A DNA stretch of 64,000 nucleotides from positions 3,296,001 to 3,360,000 of the forward strand of contig OZ240241.1 in assembly GCA_965198115.1 (NCBI GenBank), written 5' to 3'. The position numbers and the translations under genes were made by a program. Within the stretch, counting starts at the first letter, position 1; each line of letters starts with the position of its first letter. This document shows, piece by piece, positions 23,310 to 34,585 of this stretch. Under the pieces are notes generated by a model that made no database searches, was not told the origin of the DNA, and saw only the letters and a list, made by a program, of their open reading frames with translations. Source of the stretch: Candidatus Latescibacterota bacterium. Its GTDB lineage: Bacteria > Latescibacterota > UBA2968.

Positions 23310-24123
23310 CGGGGGCAAGGGCGCGAACCAGGCGGTCGCCGCCGCCAGAGCGGGAGGCAACGTGCGTTTCGCCACCCGAATAGGATCGGATGCTTTCGGC
23401 GATGCCGCGCTCGCCGCACTCACGGACGATGGCATCGACGTGCGGCTCGTCCAACGGTGTTCCGACCGTCCCACGGGGGTCGCCCTGATCACCGTCGATC
23501 GTTCCGGCGAAAATTGTATCGTCGTCGCATCGGGTGCGAACGGCGCGATCTCGCCCGACGATCTCACACAGAGCGACCTCGACGGATGCGCCGTGTTCGT
23601 CACTCAACTCGAGATCCCCCTCGACGCCGTCGTGCGCGGACTCGGTCTCGCCCGCCAGAAGAGGCTCGTGACATTGCTGGACCCCGCGCCGGCGCAACCG
23701 CTCGAACCCGAACTGCTCGCTCTCGCCGACTGCGTGACTCCCAACGCATCCGAACTCACGACCCTCACCGGGCTCCGTCTGAACTCGGTGTCGGACTGCG
23801 AAAAAGCGACGGCCCCATTGCGCGAAGCCGGCGTCGCCACGGTCATCGTCACGCTGGGACCCGAAGGGGCGGTCCTGGTGGACGATCGAGGTTCACTCCA
23901 CCAACCAGCGCCCAAAGTCTCTGCAGTCGACGCAACCGCGGCGGGCGATGCGTTCACCGGAGCCCTGGCCGCTGAATGCGCGGCAGGCCGGACCCTCCGC
24001 GAGGCGCTGGCTTTCGCCGTCTGTGCGGGAGCTCTGGCTACAACCGTCGAGGGTGCTCAGCCTGCGATTCCCCACCGAGCGGACGTGAGGCGACTGGAAG
24101 AGCAAATCTCGGCCGGGCATTGA
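23310..24123 (+). pseudogene. rbsK: Ribokinase (PfkB family) lacking roughly 40 N-terminal residues
   Basis: Begins abruptly at GGKGANQAVAAARAG; PTGVALI, TPNASE, VTLGPEG, DATAAGDAF. Confidence 0.85.
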
Positions 24124-24241
24124 CCCACCATGCCGCCTTTCCTATATTAACAGTCCCCACTCGACAGGCTGTGCTAAGTCTTTATTCTTCACATAGATCG
24201 AAGGAACTCGGCCCTCTCCCCGCCAACAAGAGGGGTGTTCC

Positions 24242-24418
24242 GTGGACAACACGGCTGAATTCGAGGATCTTGTTCAGGAACTCGACACATTCGAACAGGA
24301 GGCCAAGAGTCTCCAGGAAAAAATCGCCCGGCTGATGCACGATGCACGGGAAGTTTCGGGTGTACCTTCCGGACCGGACGGGGCCCCCGAAGGCTTCTCC
24401 GAGGGAGGCGAGTCCTGA
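24242..24418 (+). CDS. Small acidic coiled-coil protein (58 aa; absent from the ORF track)
   Basis: AAGAGGGG RBS, GTG start, MDNTAEFEDLVQELDTFEQEAKSLQEKIARLMHD..., TCGACA/TATTCT promoter-like pair upstream. Confidence 0.55.
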   Translation: MDNTAEFEDLVQELDTFEQEAKSLQEKIARLMHDAREVSGVPSGPDGAPEGFSEGGES

Positions 24419-24439
24419 TCCGAGCGAGATCGCTCCGAC

Positions 24440-24695
24440 GATGGTTCCGGGCAGGTGGACGCGACGCGTTCGCCTGCCTTTCTTCGACGTGCTGACCACG
24501 CTGCTCATCGCGCTGGCCCTCGTCGCCGTGCTCGTTTACCGGTGCGCCGGCCCGCGTGCGGAGCGATGTCCGGAATGTCAACGCAAGCGAGAGGACGATC
24601 ACCCCATCTGCCCCTGCGGGTGGGTTTACGAGTATCCAGAAACCGACCAGCCGCTCGAGTATGGCTCCTCTTCACCAGAGGAGGTCGACCCGTGA
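24440..24695 (+). CDS. Small membrane-anchored zinc-ribbon protein (start uncertain)
   Basis: One TM helix then CPEC...CPCG. Confidence 0.6.
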
Positions 24696-25711
24696 AAATG
24701 ACCCTTCTCCTGTGTGCGTCGTTGCTGGCTTCGCTCCTCGCGGCGGAAACCGATCCCGAGACGGGTCGGTTTTCCTACGCCGTCAACAACCCGTTCGTCG
24801 ACGACACCCTCGCTCGCATCGCACTCTATCTGATCCGCGAAAATCATCGCGAAGGCATCGCCTACCTCTCGCCGGAAGTCGAGTCGGGCATCGTCGGGTT
24901 CCAGCTTCGCCTGTTCGACAACGGTAACGAACTCGTGGATGAGAAGGACAAACTGAGCGTACGTCGATTCACGGTCCCCGCTGTGCCCGACAGCACGATG
25001 CCGGATGGATACTGGCGGAACGAATATGTCGAGTATGTCGACGGAGGTCTCAACGGCCTGGACGAAGAGGACCACTACTTCGTGAACGGCCGACGATTCG
25101 ACCTGTTTGGCGAAAGTCTCACCGCCCTGACCCAACATCAGACCCAGGTCGAAACCGCAATCAACGCCTTCATCCAAAAAGTCGACTACCAGGCATCGCT
25201 TCGCGACCTCGGCTCGCGCACTCAGCTCTCGATCCGGAAGGGCTCGGCATTCGAGGACGGCTCGCTTCCCGCACAAGTCGTGTTCGGTCTCGACCTCAGT
25301 TACGTGTTCAAACCGATCGAACGAAACGGAACGGTGTTGCCTGAGGGAGCCATGCTGGAAGAGATCCGGTCACGCATCGGGTTCGTTTACAGTGCCACGC
25401 TCGGCTACACGAACCTGACCGGGTATCGGTTTCGCGATTTGGCCGACCAGACCGCCCTCCTGCAACGCTCCTACGACCCGGCTGAAAAGCGGTTGATCCA
25501 GCTGATCGTCGACAGCCTGTTCGATCCCGACGGCGACGGCCTCATCGAGGCTCAGAACATTTCCAACGGCTACACGCGCTTCCGGGAACTCCACCAGGAG
25601 CTGTCCGACAACGCGCGATCGGAAAACCGGCGGATCGTTCTTCCAGGAGAGAAAATCGGTCGTCTGCGTCAGGAATACGAGTCCGTCAGAAACGAACCCT
25701 TCCGTCTGTAA
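24692..25711 (+). CDS. Secreted hypothetical protein
   Basis: GTGA overlap, signal peptide MKMTLLLCASLLASLLAA, DPDGDGLI Ca-binding-like loop. Confidence 0.7.
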   Translation: MKMTLLLCASLLASLLAAETDPETGRFSYAVNNPFVDDTLARIALYLIRENHREGIAYLSPEVESGIVGFQLRLFDNGNELVDEKDKLSVRRFTVPAVPDSTMPDGYWRNEYVEYVDGGLNGLDEEDHYFVNGRRFDLFGESLTALTQHQTQVETAINAFIQKVDYQASLRDLGSRTQLSIRKGSAFEDGSLPAQVVFGLDLSYVFKPIERNGTVLPEGAMLEEIRSRIGFVYSATLGYTNLTGYRFRDLADQTALLQRSYDPAEKRLIQLIVDSLFDPDGDGLIEAQNISNGYTRFRELHQELSDNARSENRRIVLPGEKIGRLRQEYESVRNEPFRL

Positions 25712-25729
25712 ACCGGACAGTCCACGAAA

Positions 25730-25766
25730 AAGAGGGGCATCACGCATCACGCGTTTTGCCCCTCTT
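25730..25766. terminator. Probable bidirectional terminator hairpin
   Basis: AAGAGGGGCA...TGCCCCTCTT between convergent genes. Confidence 0.6.
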
Positions 25767-25885
25767 GTAGTTTGTCCTCTGGCGGCAGTCAGACTTCAGG
25801 TCGCCACGCAAACCCCGTCATTCGTCACCAAGCCTTCTTCAACACGCCGATCCGCCCACGCCCCGACCGCAGGGGCGGCAAAGCC

Positions 25886-28800
25886 TCAATCGATGAGATC
25901 GCCGAAGAAGTTGTTGAAAATCAGGAAGTCCGCCAGATTGACGCTTTCGTCGCCGTTGGCGTCCATTCGCCGGTGCGGCCTCTCTCCGACGGACCATCCG
26001 ACGTCGCTCGACGACTTGTTGAACGCAAGTATCAGCCGTGTAAAGTCCGCGAACCCGACCGACCCGTCACCGTCCACGTCCGCCCACCGTCCCAGATCGA
26101 GAGCAAGCGTCGTGAAGGAGATCACCGACACGGCGGTCTCTTGGCCGTCGAGCGTCCGATAACGAAGCTGGGCTGTTTCGATCCGGGTCTCATTATTCCC
26201 CGAGGCCTCGAAGAATCCCCCGATCGTTCGGAACGTCACCGTTCCCAGATAGCCATCTCCCGGACCGAAATTGCTGCCTTGTGAAACGATCCTCAACTCG
26301 AGCAGCCCTGGCGCGACGATCTCGGACGCGAACTCGCCGACGATCCAACCGTTCGACACCAGAACGAGGGCATCCCGATCATACGAAATCTGAATGGCCA
26401 CTTCCGACACTTCTGGCAGGTCTGAGACGTGAAGCTCCATCGACGCCGTCTCGTTCACACCTAAGCGTGTCGACAGAAGGTCCTGCAGACCGACGCGCGT
26501 GTCGAGGTCGAGTCGTACGCGATCCCGATTGGGCAACACGGCGCTTCCCGCCACATAAATGATCCGGACGCCCTCGATGTCATCCGTGATCCGAACCTGC
26601 CCTCCGAGGAACCCCGCATCGCTCGGCGCGTAGGTCAGGACGATCGTCTCGCTCTGACCGGGCGGCAAATCGTGGATCTCGGTCGCGTTCGACGTGACGC
26701 CCTGGGCAATCAGTTCGATGTCGAACGACAGCTCGACACCCCCGTCGTTCCGCAGCTCGATCGTGTGCGTACTCGTTTCTCCCACGAGCACGGCGCCGAA
26801 CTCCAGGCTGTCAGGAAGATCGACGATCGGGAACGACAACGTATTTCCGACCAGGTTGTTGTTGGAGAAGTCCGCCTCCAGAATGCTGCGATCCGGGTTG
26901 ATGGTCACACCCCATCGAATAGCCGTCGGTGGCTGGCTCCCGGGGACGATGACGGGAACGTTGACTTGCTTGACCTCATCGGGTTCGAGAATACTCGACA
27001 CCTCGGTCACGCCGACCAGCACATCCGTCTCGTCACCGACCACGTCGTCCGTCGTCAGATAGATCGCCACTTCGAAATCGGCGATCGTGCTACCTTCTCC
27101 AGCGTTCCGGACATCCACAAGAATGTTGTAGAGACGACCGCGTGAAACTTCGTCGGGTCCCTCGAGCGACCCCAGGACGACCAGGTCCGGCGGAAACGGA
27201 ACGACGGTGAACAGAAGTCCGATCTGCGCGTTGTTCGTCTCATTCGACTCGATCACCGTGCCACCCTCGTCCACCACCAGCCCCCAGTGATAGTTGGACA
27301 GCGGCAGGTCGGCGGGAACCATCAGCGGAACTTCCGCCACAACGATCTCGCCCGCACCCAGCCCCCCGGTCACCGTCAGGTCGCCCACCCGCACATCGTC
27401 TTCGTCCCCCGCAAGGGCGTTGCTGCTTATGACGGCCGCAATCACGAAGTCGTCGAGCAGGGGCCCACCCGAGAAGTTCTGGATTTCGGCCGACACGGTG
27501 TAGGTGCCCTCTCTCAGCACCTTCGTCGGCCCGACAGGATCCGTCAAAATATGAAGATCCGCAGCGTCGGACGAAACAACGACCGTCGCCGTCGAAACGC
27601 CCCCGTTGTTGAGCTCGCTAACTTCTGTCTCGAAACTCGTCGCATCCACCAGGGCCGCGTATCGGTAGGTCCCCACCGGATGCTGAGATGGGATCGTCAC
27701 CTGCACTTCGAGCGGTGCCCGTGCGTCGTTCAGCATTTCTTCGGTGTAGGTCGTGTTACCGATCCGGACACCGTCGTCGTTCCCTGCCGTCGCGTCTTCG
27801 CTCAGGTAGATCGAAACCTGAAACGCGCCCGTCGTCGTCCCCGCCCCCACGTTCTGAATCTCCAGACTCACGGTGTGGAAAGAGTTCCAAACGACGAGCT
27901 CGGGTCCCTCCGGAGCGATCGACACGACCAGATCGGCGGGCTGTGCGACCACCGTAAAGGATTGGCCGAGGCGCAGGTTATCGGTCTCTTCCGATTCTTC
28001 GATGAACCCACCGTCGTCGACCGCGGCCGCCCAATTGTAGACCCCTGTCGGTTGGACAGCTGAAACGATGACGGGGACGCTCACCATCAGTTTGTCACCC
28101 GCCCCGATCGGGTTGAGAATCGCCGTGTCGCCGACACGAATGTCATCCTCGTTTCCGACGATCAGGTCGGTCGTCAGGTAGACGGCCACGTCGAATGCCG
28201 TGTCAGTCGGCCCGTCGCCCTGGTTCTCGATCTCGAGCGTCACCGTCGTCGACACACCCTGGTAGATGGCCGCGTCGCCCTCGGGTTGGATCGAGATGGT
28301 CAGATCGGGTTCGGTCAGGATGATCTGGACATCGCCGCCAACCTGGACGTTGTTGCTTTCGTCGGTCTCCGGCTGAGTGCCGAAAGCATCGACGACGGCG
28401 ATCCATCGATAGGTGCCTTCGGCCAGGTCCTCGGGCACGAAAACATTGATGTTCTGTGTGCGACTCTCACTCGGATTGACGCTATCCTGCAGCACAACAC
28501 TTCCGACCTGCAAATCGCCTGCGTCGAAAAGGGTATCAACACTCAGGTAGATCGTGACGTCATACGGCGCGAACGACGTTCCCGAACCCGCGTTCATGAC
28601 TGTGACCGACACGCTCCCCGACGTCCCCAAAGACATCAGACTCGGGCCGGTCGGGCCGTCGCTCACAACAAAATCAGGCGGCGTCGGTGCGACCTCCACC
28701 CCGTTCCCGACACCGGCGTTGTTGTCCTCATCGCTTTCGGCGACCACGTTGCTGGCGTCGACCTGAACAAGCCATTGGTAGGCCCCAAGGGCCTGAAGCG

Positions 28801-28962
28801 AAGGAACCCTGATCGGAATCGCCAGAGATCGCGTCTCACCCGGGTCGAGCACGACGGCAACCCCCTTGTCCCCGACCTTTTCGATCGTGGAGGGCTGGTC
28901 GTCCTCGCTCAGATAGGCCGTCACGTCGAACGTGCCGGAGGTCGGGGTGTCGCCCTGATTCC
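25886..28962 (-). pseudogene. Large extracellular CARDB-repeat protein with dockerin/EF-hand-like C-terminus, 5'-truncated
   Basis: About six PDL...NxG...F.V..YLS.D...E..E.NN repeats; DVDGDGSVGFADF and DANGDESVNLADF. The frame starts mid-repeat (NQGDTPTSGTFDV) at 28962 with no signal peptide. Confidence 0.85.
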
Positions 28963-29724
28963 TGTTACGGCTTACGATAGATTCCCGCCCAGATTACGCT
29001 ATTCGCATTCTCACGCACCAAGAACTGACGACCCGGAGATAAGGGGGATGAACTCTCTGGGCGTTCCGATGTAGACCGCGCCCTTTTCATTTTCCCACAC
29101 GCCCGAGAAATAGGCTCTCGAACCGCGAAAATAGCGCGTTTCGACCGATTAGGCTCAAGACGTGGCCAGGCCAGGTCCCAGCGGGCATAGGGGGGTGCGG
29201 AAAACCTGTGGCCGTCCGACCGGAGACCGGTCATGTCCCGTTTCTTTTGCTAATCCGTCCTAATTTCAGTCCCGGACTGGCGCATCGCGGCCGTTGTCGA
29301 CGAAAGGGGGTTTTCAGGTGTCGGAAACACTTAAACCAGTTCAAAAACAAGAGCTTGCGTCTGTCGACAAGGCGGCTTTGAAGGTGCTTCCCGAAAATGG
29401 CGAAGCGGGGTAGAAAATCGGCCGTTTCCCTGGCGGTGTTGCCGATGGCGGACCCGTCGGAGGTCGAGAGCGTTTCGCGTCCCGATCCCCCGGAATGTGC
29501 CAAACGCGTTCGCGTAAAGAAAGGGACATCAGGCGTAGGTCCGACAACCGCTTTTGGCCGTTGCGCCTTGTAAGTACTCCTATGGCACTATGTCGCATGG
29601 CCGCCAGATCTTAGGTGACCCTCAACTCATTAGGGAACGGTCTCCACTGTTAACCGTATTGAAACGATTCTGCCTATTTTGCGAATAGCTTAAGCCAGGC
29701 GGAGAATTATCGCAAGGCGTCACA
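28963..29724. mobile_element. 762-bp non-autonomous element with TGT...ACA ends and 45-bp imperfect terminal inverted repeats
   Basis: Left TGTTACGGCTTACGATAGATTCCCGCCCAGATTACGCTATTCGCA vs right reverse complement TGTGACGCCTTGCGATAATTCTCCGCCTGGCTTAAGCTATTCGCA (34/45). No credible ORF. Both flanking genes are cut exactly at the ends. Confidence 0.8.
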
Positions 29725-31470
29725 GCCATCCAGATGCTCTACCTCGGTGTGGCCCTACAGAGCCGAGGTCAGACCCGGGCCCTGGCCGACGGCATCGGCA
29801 AACCTGTTGCGATTGCGCTAGCCGGGCTCGGTCTTGTCCTCGCGACCGACATACCGCCCCAAGTGCTCGCCATCACCACGGCCGTCGCCGCCGTTGCCTG
29901 GATCTTTCTGGCCCGCCTGAACCACGCGGCCTACGTTCGCGCCCTCATCGCGTCGATCGGCTCTCATCGCTTCGACGCATCGGCCGAAACGGGCCCCGTT
30001 CAGGACAAGGCCTTCGAAGATCACCTCCGCAACGCTCTGGCGACCGGCTCGGATGAGGAAATTACCTATCTGCTGGGCGTCGTCTCCACGATCGACGCGG
30101 ACTGGACGCCCGAGTTCCGTCGCGTACTCGACCGGGAGTCGCCCCACATCAAGGTCATGGCACTGATACATCTCACCGCCAACGGGACGACGTCCGACGC
30201 ACTGGCGGCTCAGCGCCATCTGTCCCACGTCGATCCGTCCGTCCGTGCCGCCGCCATTGAAGCCCTGGCAGCCCTGTCGGAAGACGATCCGCTCGAAGAC
30301 ATCGAACGATGCCTGGACGATCCGGACCCGGAACCCCGTGCGGCCGCGATCGCCTGCATGATCGGAAGCGGTGACCTGGACCGCCTGCTCAGCGCCGGCG
30401 CGTCACTCAAGACCTTGCTAGAATCGCAGGCTCCAACAGAACGGATCGGCGCGGCGACCGCCCTTTCCAAGATCGAGCGCGGGGGCATGGTTCGGCCCCT
30501 CGTCCGCCTGTTGCAGGATGACGATCCCGAGGTCGTCATCGCCGCCCTCCGGGCGTGTCGCAACCAGCAAGACCCCCTCCTCCTGCCCGTCATCACGCCC
30601 CTCCTGGCGGAACCGCACGTGGCCCACGAAGCGGCGGACACGTTGAAGGCCTTCGATTCGAGCGTTCTGGACCACCTCATCCCCTACATCGAGCTCGCCC
30701 CGGAAGAAGGTGCCTTCGACGGTGCCGCCGGAATACCCCCAATCCTGGCCGAAATCGGGGACGAGGCCTCCGTCCCGGTTCTGGCAAAAGCGTCTCGCTC
30801 CGCCGACCTCACCCTCAGAGCGCAAGCAATCGAGGCGCTCGCACAGCTCATCATCCGCCTAGGTGCCCAGAATCGCTACGCCGAGGAGACCCAGGAACTT
30901 GCCAGGGGCGAGATCGATGCTTGCCTCCAGTGCCGCGTGCGTCGAGCGGCTGTTCGAACCGCCTCTCGGGCTCAGGTCCTCGTCGATGCACTCGATCACC
31001 AGGCCGGCATCCACCTCACGAATGCGCTAAGGCTCCTCGACCTCACCACGCCCGAAGTCGATTTCCTTCAGCTGCAGGACTCCATTCGGCTGGGTGGGCC
31101 CCAGCGTGCGAGCGCGCTCGAGGTCGTCGACAACGTTGTCAAAGGACCCCTTAAGACGGACCTTCTGGCCTGCCTGGACGGCCGCACGCCGAGCGTGCTC
31201 AGCCAGGAGGATCCTCTGGACGCCATCCTCGCGAGCGACACGTCGGAATGGGTGCGGATCGGGACCCTCTTCGCGGCCTCAGAGGGACCGGACCGAGAGC
31301 TGATTCGGCAATCGACCACTCACTTGGAGCCCGTCGTGCGGGAAACCGCCCTGTTCGCCCTCCACCACGTGGCACCCGCGTCGGCCGTCGAATCCGCACA
31401 GCGTCTCAACTCGGATCCGGCGGTCGTCGTGCGAGACATAGCGAACCAGATTCTGAATGAATCTTCTTAA
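29725..31470 (+). pseudogene. NTT/TLC-type MFS transporter-HEAT repeat protein, 5'-truncated
   Basis: Starts at AIQMLYLGVALQSRGQTRALADGIGKP (last TM helices), followed by many DPSVRAAA/DPEPRAAA HEAT repeats. Confidence 0.75.
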
Positions 31471-31671
31471 TTGACTGCACCGCAGACGATTAAATGCGTT
31501 TCCAAATGCAGAACAACCACAATAGCCCTGTTCGATGACCAACACTTCGACTTCGCTCGCGACTTCGCCGACAACCTCCGTCAAGGCTCCCGCCATCAGG
31601 GTGGCTATGTCGTGCAGCCAGTGTGACGGTGCTTTCCAGAACGATCATCCCCAGCGTCATACGCGGCCGTC

Positions 31672-32115
31672 ATGATAACCGTTGAGAAAATCCTATTTCT
31701 TCGAAACGTGCCTCTCTTCTCCAGCATGCCGCCGGAGGAACTCGGGGCCCTGGCCGGCATCGCGGAGGAGGTCGTCTACTCGACGGGCCAGGCCATCATC
31801 GAAGAAGGCGCGCTAGGGGACACGATGTATCTCATCGTCGAGGGCGAAGTCGACGTCCATCGTGGAGACGATTCGCTTGCTGTTCTGAAGTCGCAGGACT
31901 ACTTTGGAGAAATGACGATTCTCGACGGAGAACCGCGATCGGCCAGCGTCACGGCTCTTCAAGACTGTCTCCTGCTGCGCATCAACCAGACGGACTTCCA
32001 GGCAATCTTGCGGCGTCACTCGAACGTGGCCCTGAGCATCATTCGTACCCTCACGCGTCGTCTTCGAGAAACCGACGCGGGGGCATCCCAACAGGCCGAA
32101 AAGGGATCCGAATGA
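31672..32115 (+). CDS. Stand-alone cyclic nucleotide-binding protein
   Basis: LRNVPLFS, EGALGDTMYLIVEGEV, FGEMTILDGEPRSASV; no HTH. Confidence 0.92.
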   Translation: MITVEKILFLRNVPLFSSMPPEELGALAGIAEEVVYSTGQAIIEEGALGDTMYLIVEGEVDVHRGDDSLAVLKSQDYFGEMTILDGEPRSASVTALQDCLLLRINQTDFQAILRRHSNVALSIIRTLTRRLRETDAGASQQAEKGSE

Positions 32116-34572
32116 AGCTATCCGCGTTCCTGCTCACCTTCCTCATCTCGCTCTTCACGCTCTCCCAGGTCCAGGCCCAGGTCGGACCGTCGTTCAGTCT
32201 GGCAGCGTCCACGCGATCGGAACTGAAGGCCTCGCGTCTTCTGGACGACCTCGCCGTCCATCTCGTCCTGACCCTCGGCTACACCGAATCGTCGGCCGAC
32301 GCCCGAAACTGGCGAATCGAGAGCCTGCCCGGCCTACGCGGGAAACGCTACTTCATCCGTGCGCATCCACAAGTCGGCACGCAGACCGTCGAATTGGCTT
32401 TTCGACGGGCATCTGCCGGTGGTCTTGAGCTTCTCGCCTACGGGCAACAGTTCGACCCCCAGGGCCGTGTCTACACCAATCCCGACCTGACCGGTCTCCA
32501 GACCCGCGCAACCGGCCTCGTGACAGCCGCGACCGCACCCCCGACCGGCCCTCAGACATACGGCTACGAACTCTACCAGCTCAGCTACCTGCAGGCGGAC
32601 CGGGCCATCGCCATGCTCAAGACCCTCGGCTACACCACCGTCGAATACTCCGCCTCCGCCGGCGAGACGCTGAACGATCGGATCTACAACAGCTACATGA
32701 GCGGCCAATGGAAGCTCCCGGCAATCGTCAAAATGATCGACGCGACCAAGACGAGCCTCATGGACCCGCCTCCGGCAGGATCCTATCCACAACAACAGCA
32801 AGCCTACGGAGCCGTGACGACACTCGGCGGAACGTTTCTGCATCAAATGACCTCCGGGGAGCCGCAGCAGCGGATCATGATCGTCTACGACGAGAACGAT
32901 ATAGAGCCGCTGCAGAGCCTCCTCAATCTTCTCCGCCAGAAGCTGGACCAACCCGCGCGTCAAATCGTAATCGAGGCGCTCGTCATCGAAGTCAACACCG
33001 ATAAAGTCAAACAGCTGGGTCTGGATTTCCACTCCGGCGACGGGGATGTCAGCACCGGATTCGGGTTCGATCAGAGCAATCCCTCCTTTGCCACGCGGAC
33101 AGAGCAGCCCTTTTCGTTCCAGATCTGGCGCAATGCCCTGAGCGACGTGATGACCTTCCGACTCAAGCTCACCGGTCTGATCGAGTCGGGTGACGCCGAG
33201 ATTCTGTCAAGCCCGAGCGTGCTCGTCCTGGACGGCCGCCAGGCCCGGATTCAGATCGGCCAGCAAGTCCCGGTTTCGAAATCGGTATCGACCACCGCCG
33301 GATTCGCCTCGGGCGTCGAATACATCCAGACCGGGATCGTCCTCAACCTCCGACCCCGCATCAGCGAAGACGGCAGCGAAATCTCCATGCAGGTCGAGAC
33401 GATCGTCAGCGCCGTCAACGAGGCCCTCAGTATCGAGGAAACGGCCCAGAACGTCCTGCTGGCCCCTCGTATCGACAACCGGCAGGTCCAGACGTTCGTC
33501 CGCGTCGCAGACAACACGCCGTTCATCATTGGCGGTCTGATTTCCACCGATATCCGCGAAAAAACGACCGGCATCCCCCTCCGCTCGCAGATCCCGATCC
33601 TCGGGGTGCCCTTCCGTCGCAAGTCGACTGACGTCATCAAGAAAGAAGTCATCGTGTCCTCACACCCCACGTCGTGCCCGTCGGCGAGAAGAGCTTCAGC
33701 TACGTCATCCCGAAGGATTCCGATATGTTCAACGCCTTCGGAAACCTCCTCTTTCGGAACGCCTACCGGCTGCGGGACGATGATATTTTCGATCTTAAGT
33801 TCCTCTACGAGAGTGAAATATTCCAATCACTTCTCGGAACGTTACAAACCCAGGCTGATGCAGAACCCGGCTTTGATCGCGAGGAGCCCTACGCCTCCCT
33901 ATTGGTCGGGGCAGTCCCTGGAGAGGAAATCATCGTCCGCCGGATGCTCTGGGAGATTGCGCTCAAAACCGGTTTTGGGGATAACATCGAAGCCAATCGT
34001 ATTATCGTGTTCGAAGATGACGCAGCGGCCCCCGACAGCAGCGGATTCCGGACACGTTTCCTTCACCAACTTCTCGCCGGTCGCGAGACCGGCGGTGGAA
34101 ACACCCTGGTCCTTCGCTTCGACGCCAGCAACAAGGGCACGGCCAAGCACCCGTTCGTACCGCCCAAGGCGAGCATCGGCTACGAGTCGCTCGGGTCCCC
34201 CGACGCCTACGTCAATCGTCTGATGCGAGGGAACCTGGGGAACCCGACGGAACCGCCAACGAGTGGACGCTCCTCCTGTCCGACGTCAACCCGACAGGCG
34301 TCCGTGGGGCAACAACCCTCCAGGTCCTGCAGAGCGTCCTCGTCCTCAAACGCCTCCTTGCGCTAAACACGAGCCTCCCCCTGACCATCAGAGAGTTCCG
34401 TGTGGGACGCCAGATCATCTTTCCGACGGAGCAGGACCTGAAGCAGCGCTTCCTCATCATCGACCGAGACGCGGCGATGTTTTTCTACGAAGTCATTCAG
34501 TACTATCCCGAGTTCGAAAGATCGTTCAATCGCGAGACCCAACGCATCACCGCCCTCCTGAACGCCCGTTAG
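32112..34572 (+). CDS. Secretin (GspD/PilQ-like) with long C-terminal extension; frameshifts near 33655 and 34240
   Basis: Signal peptide; LDQPARQIVIEA, LSSPSVLVLDGRQARIQIGQQVP, TGIVLNLRPRI, FIIGGLI, IPILG.PFR. About 300 further residues lie in two shifted frames. Confidence 0.85.
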
Positions 34573-34585
34573 TCACCGCTCCGCT

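Noticed and set aside
29583-29597. TGGCACTATGTCGCA as a sigma54 promoter in the mini-element
   Set aside because: GG-to-GC spacing is 9 nt, not the required 10.
29610-29621. 12-bp match CTTAGGTGACCC to the tRNA-Glu 5' flank (21704-21715) as an att site
   Set aside because: Many 12-mer matches are expected by chance in 64 kb, and it matches the tRNA 5' end rather than the recombinase-proximal 3' end.
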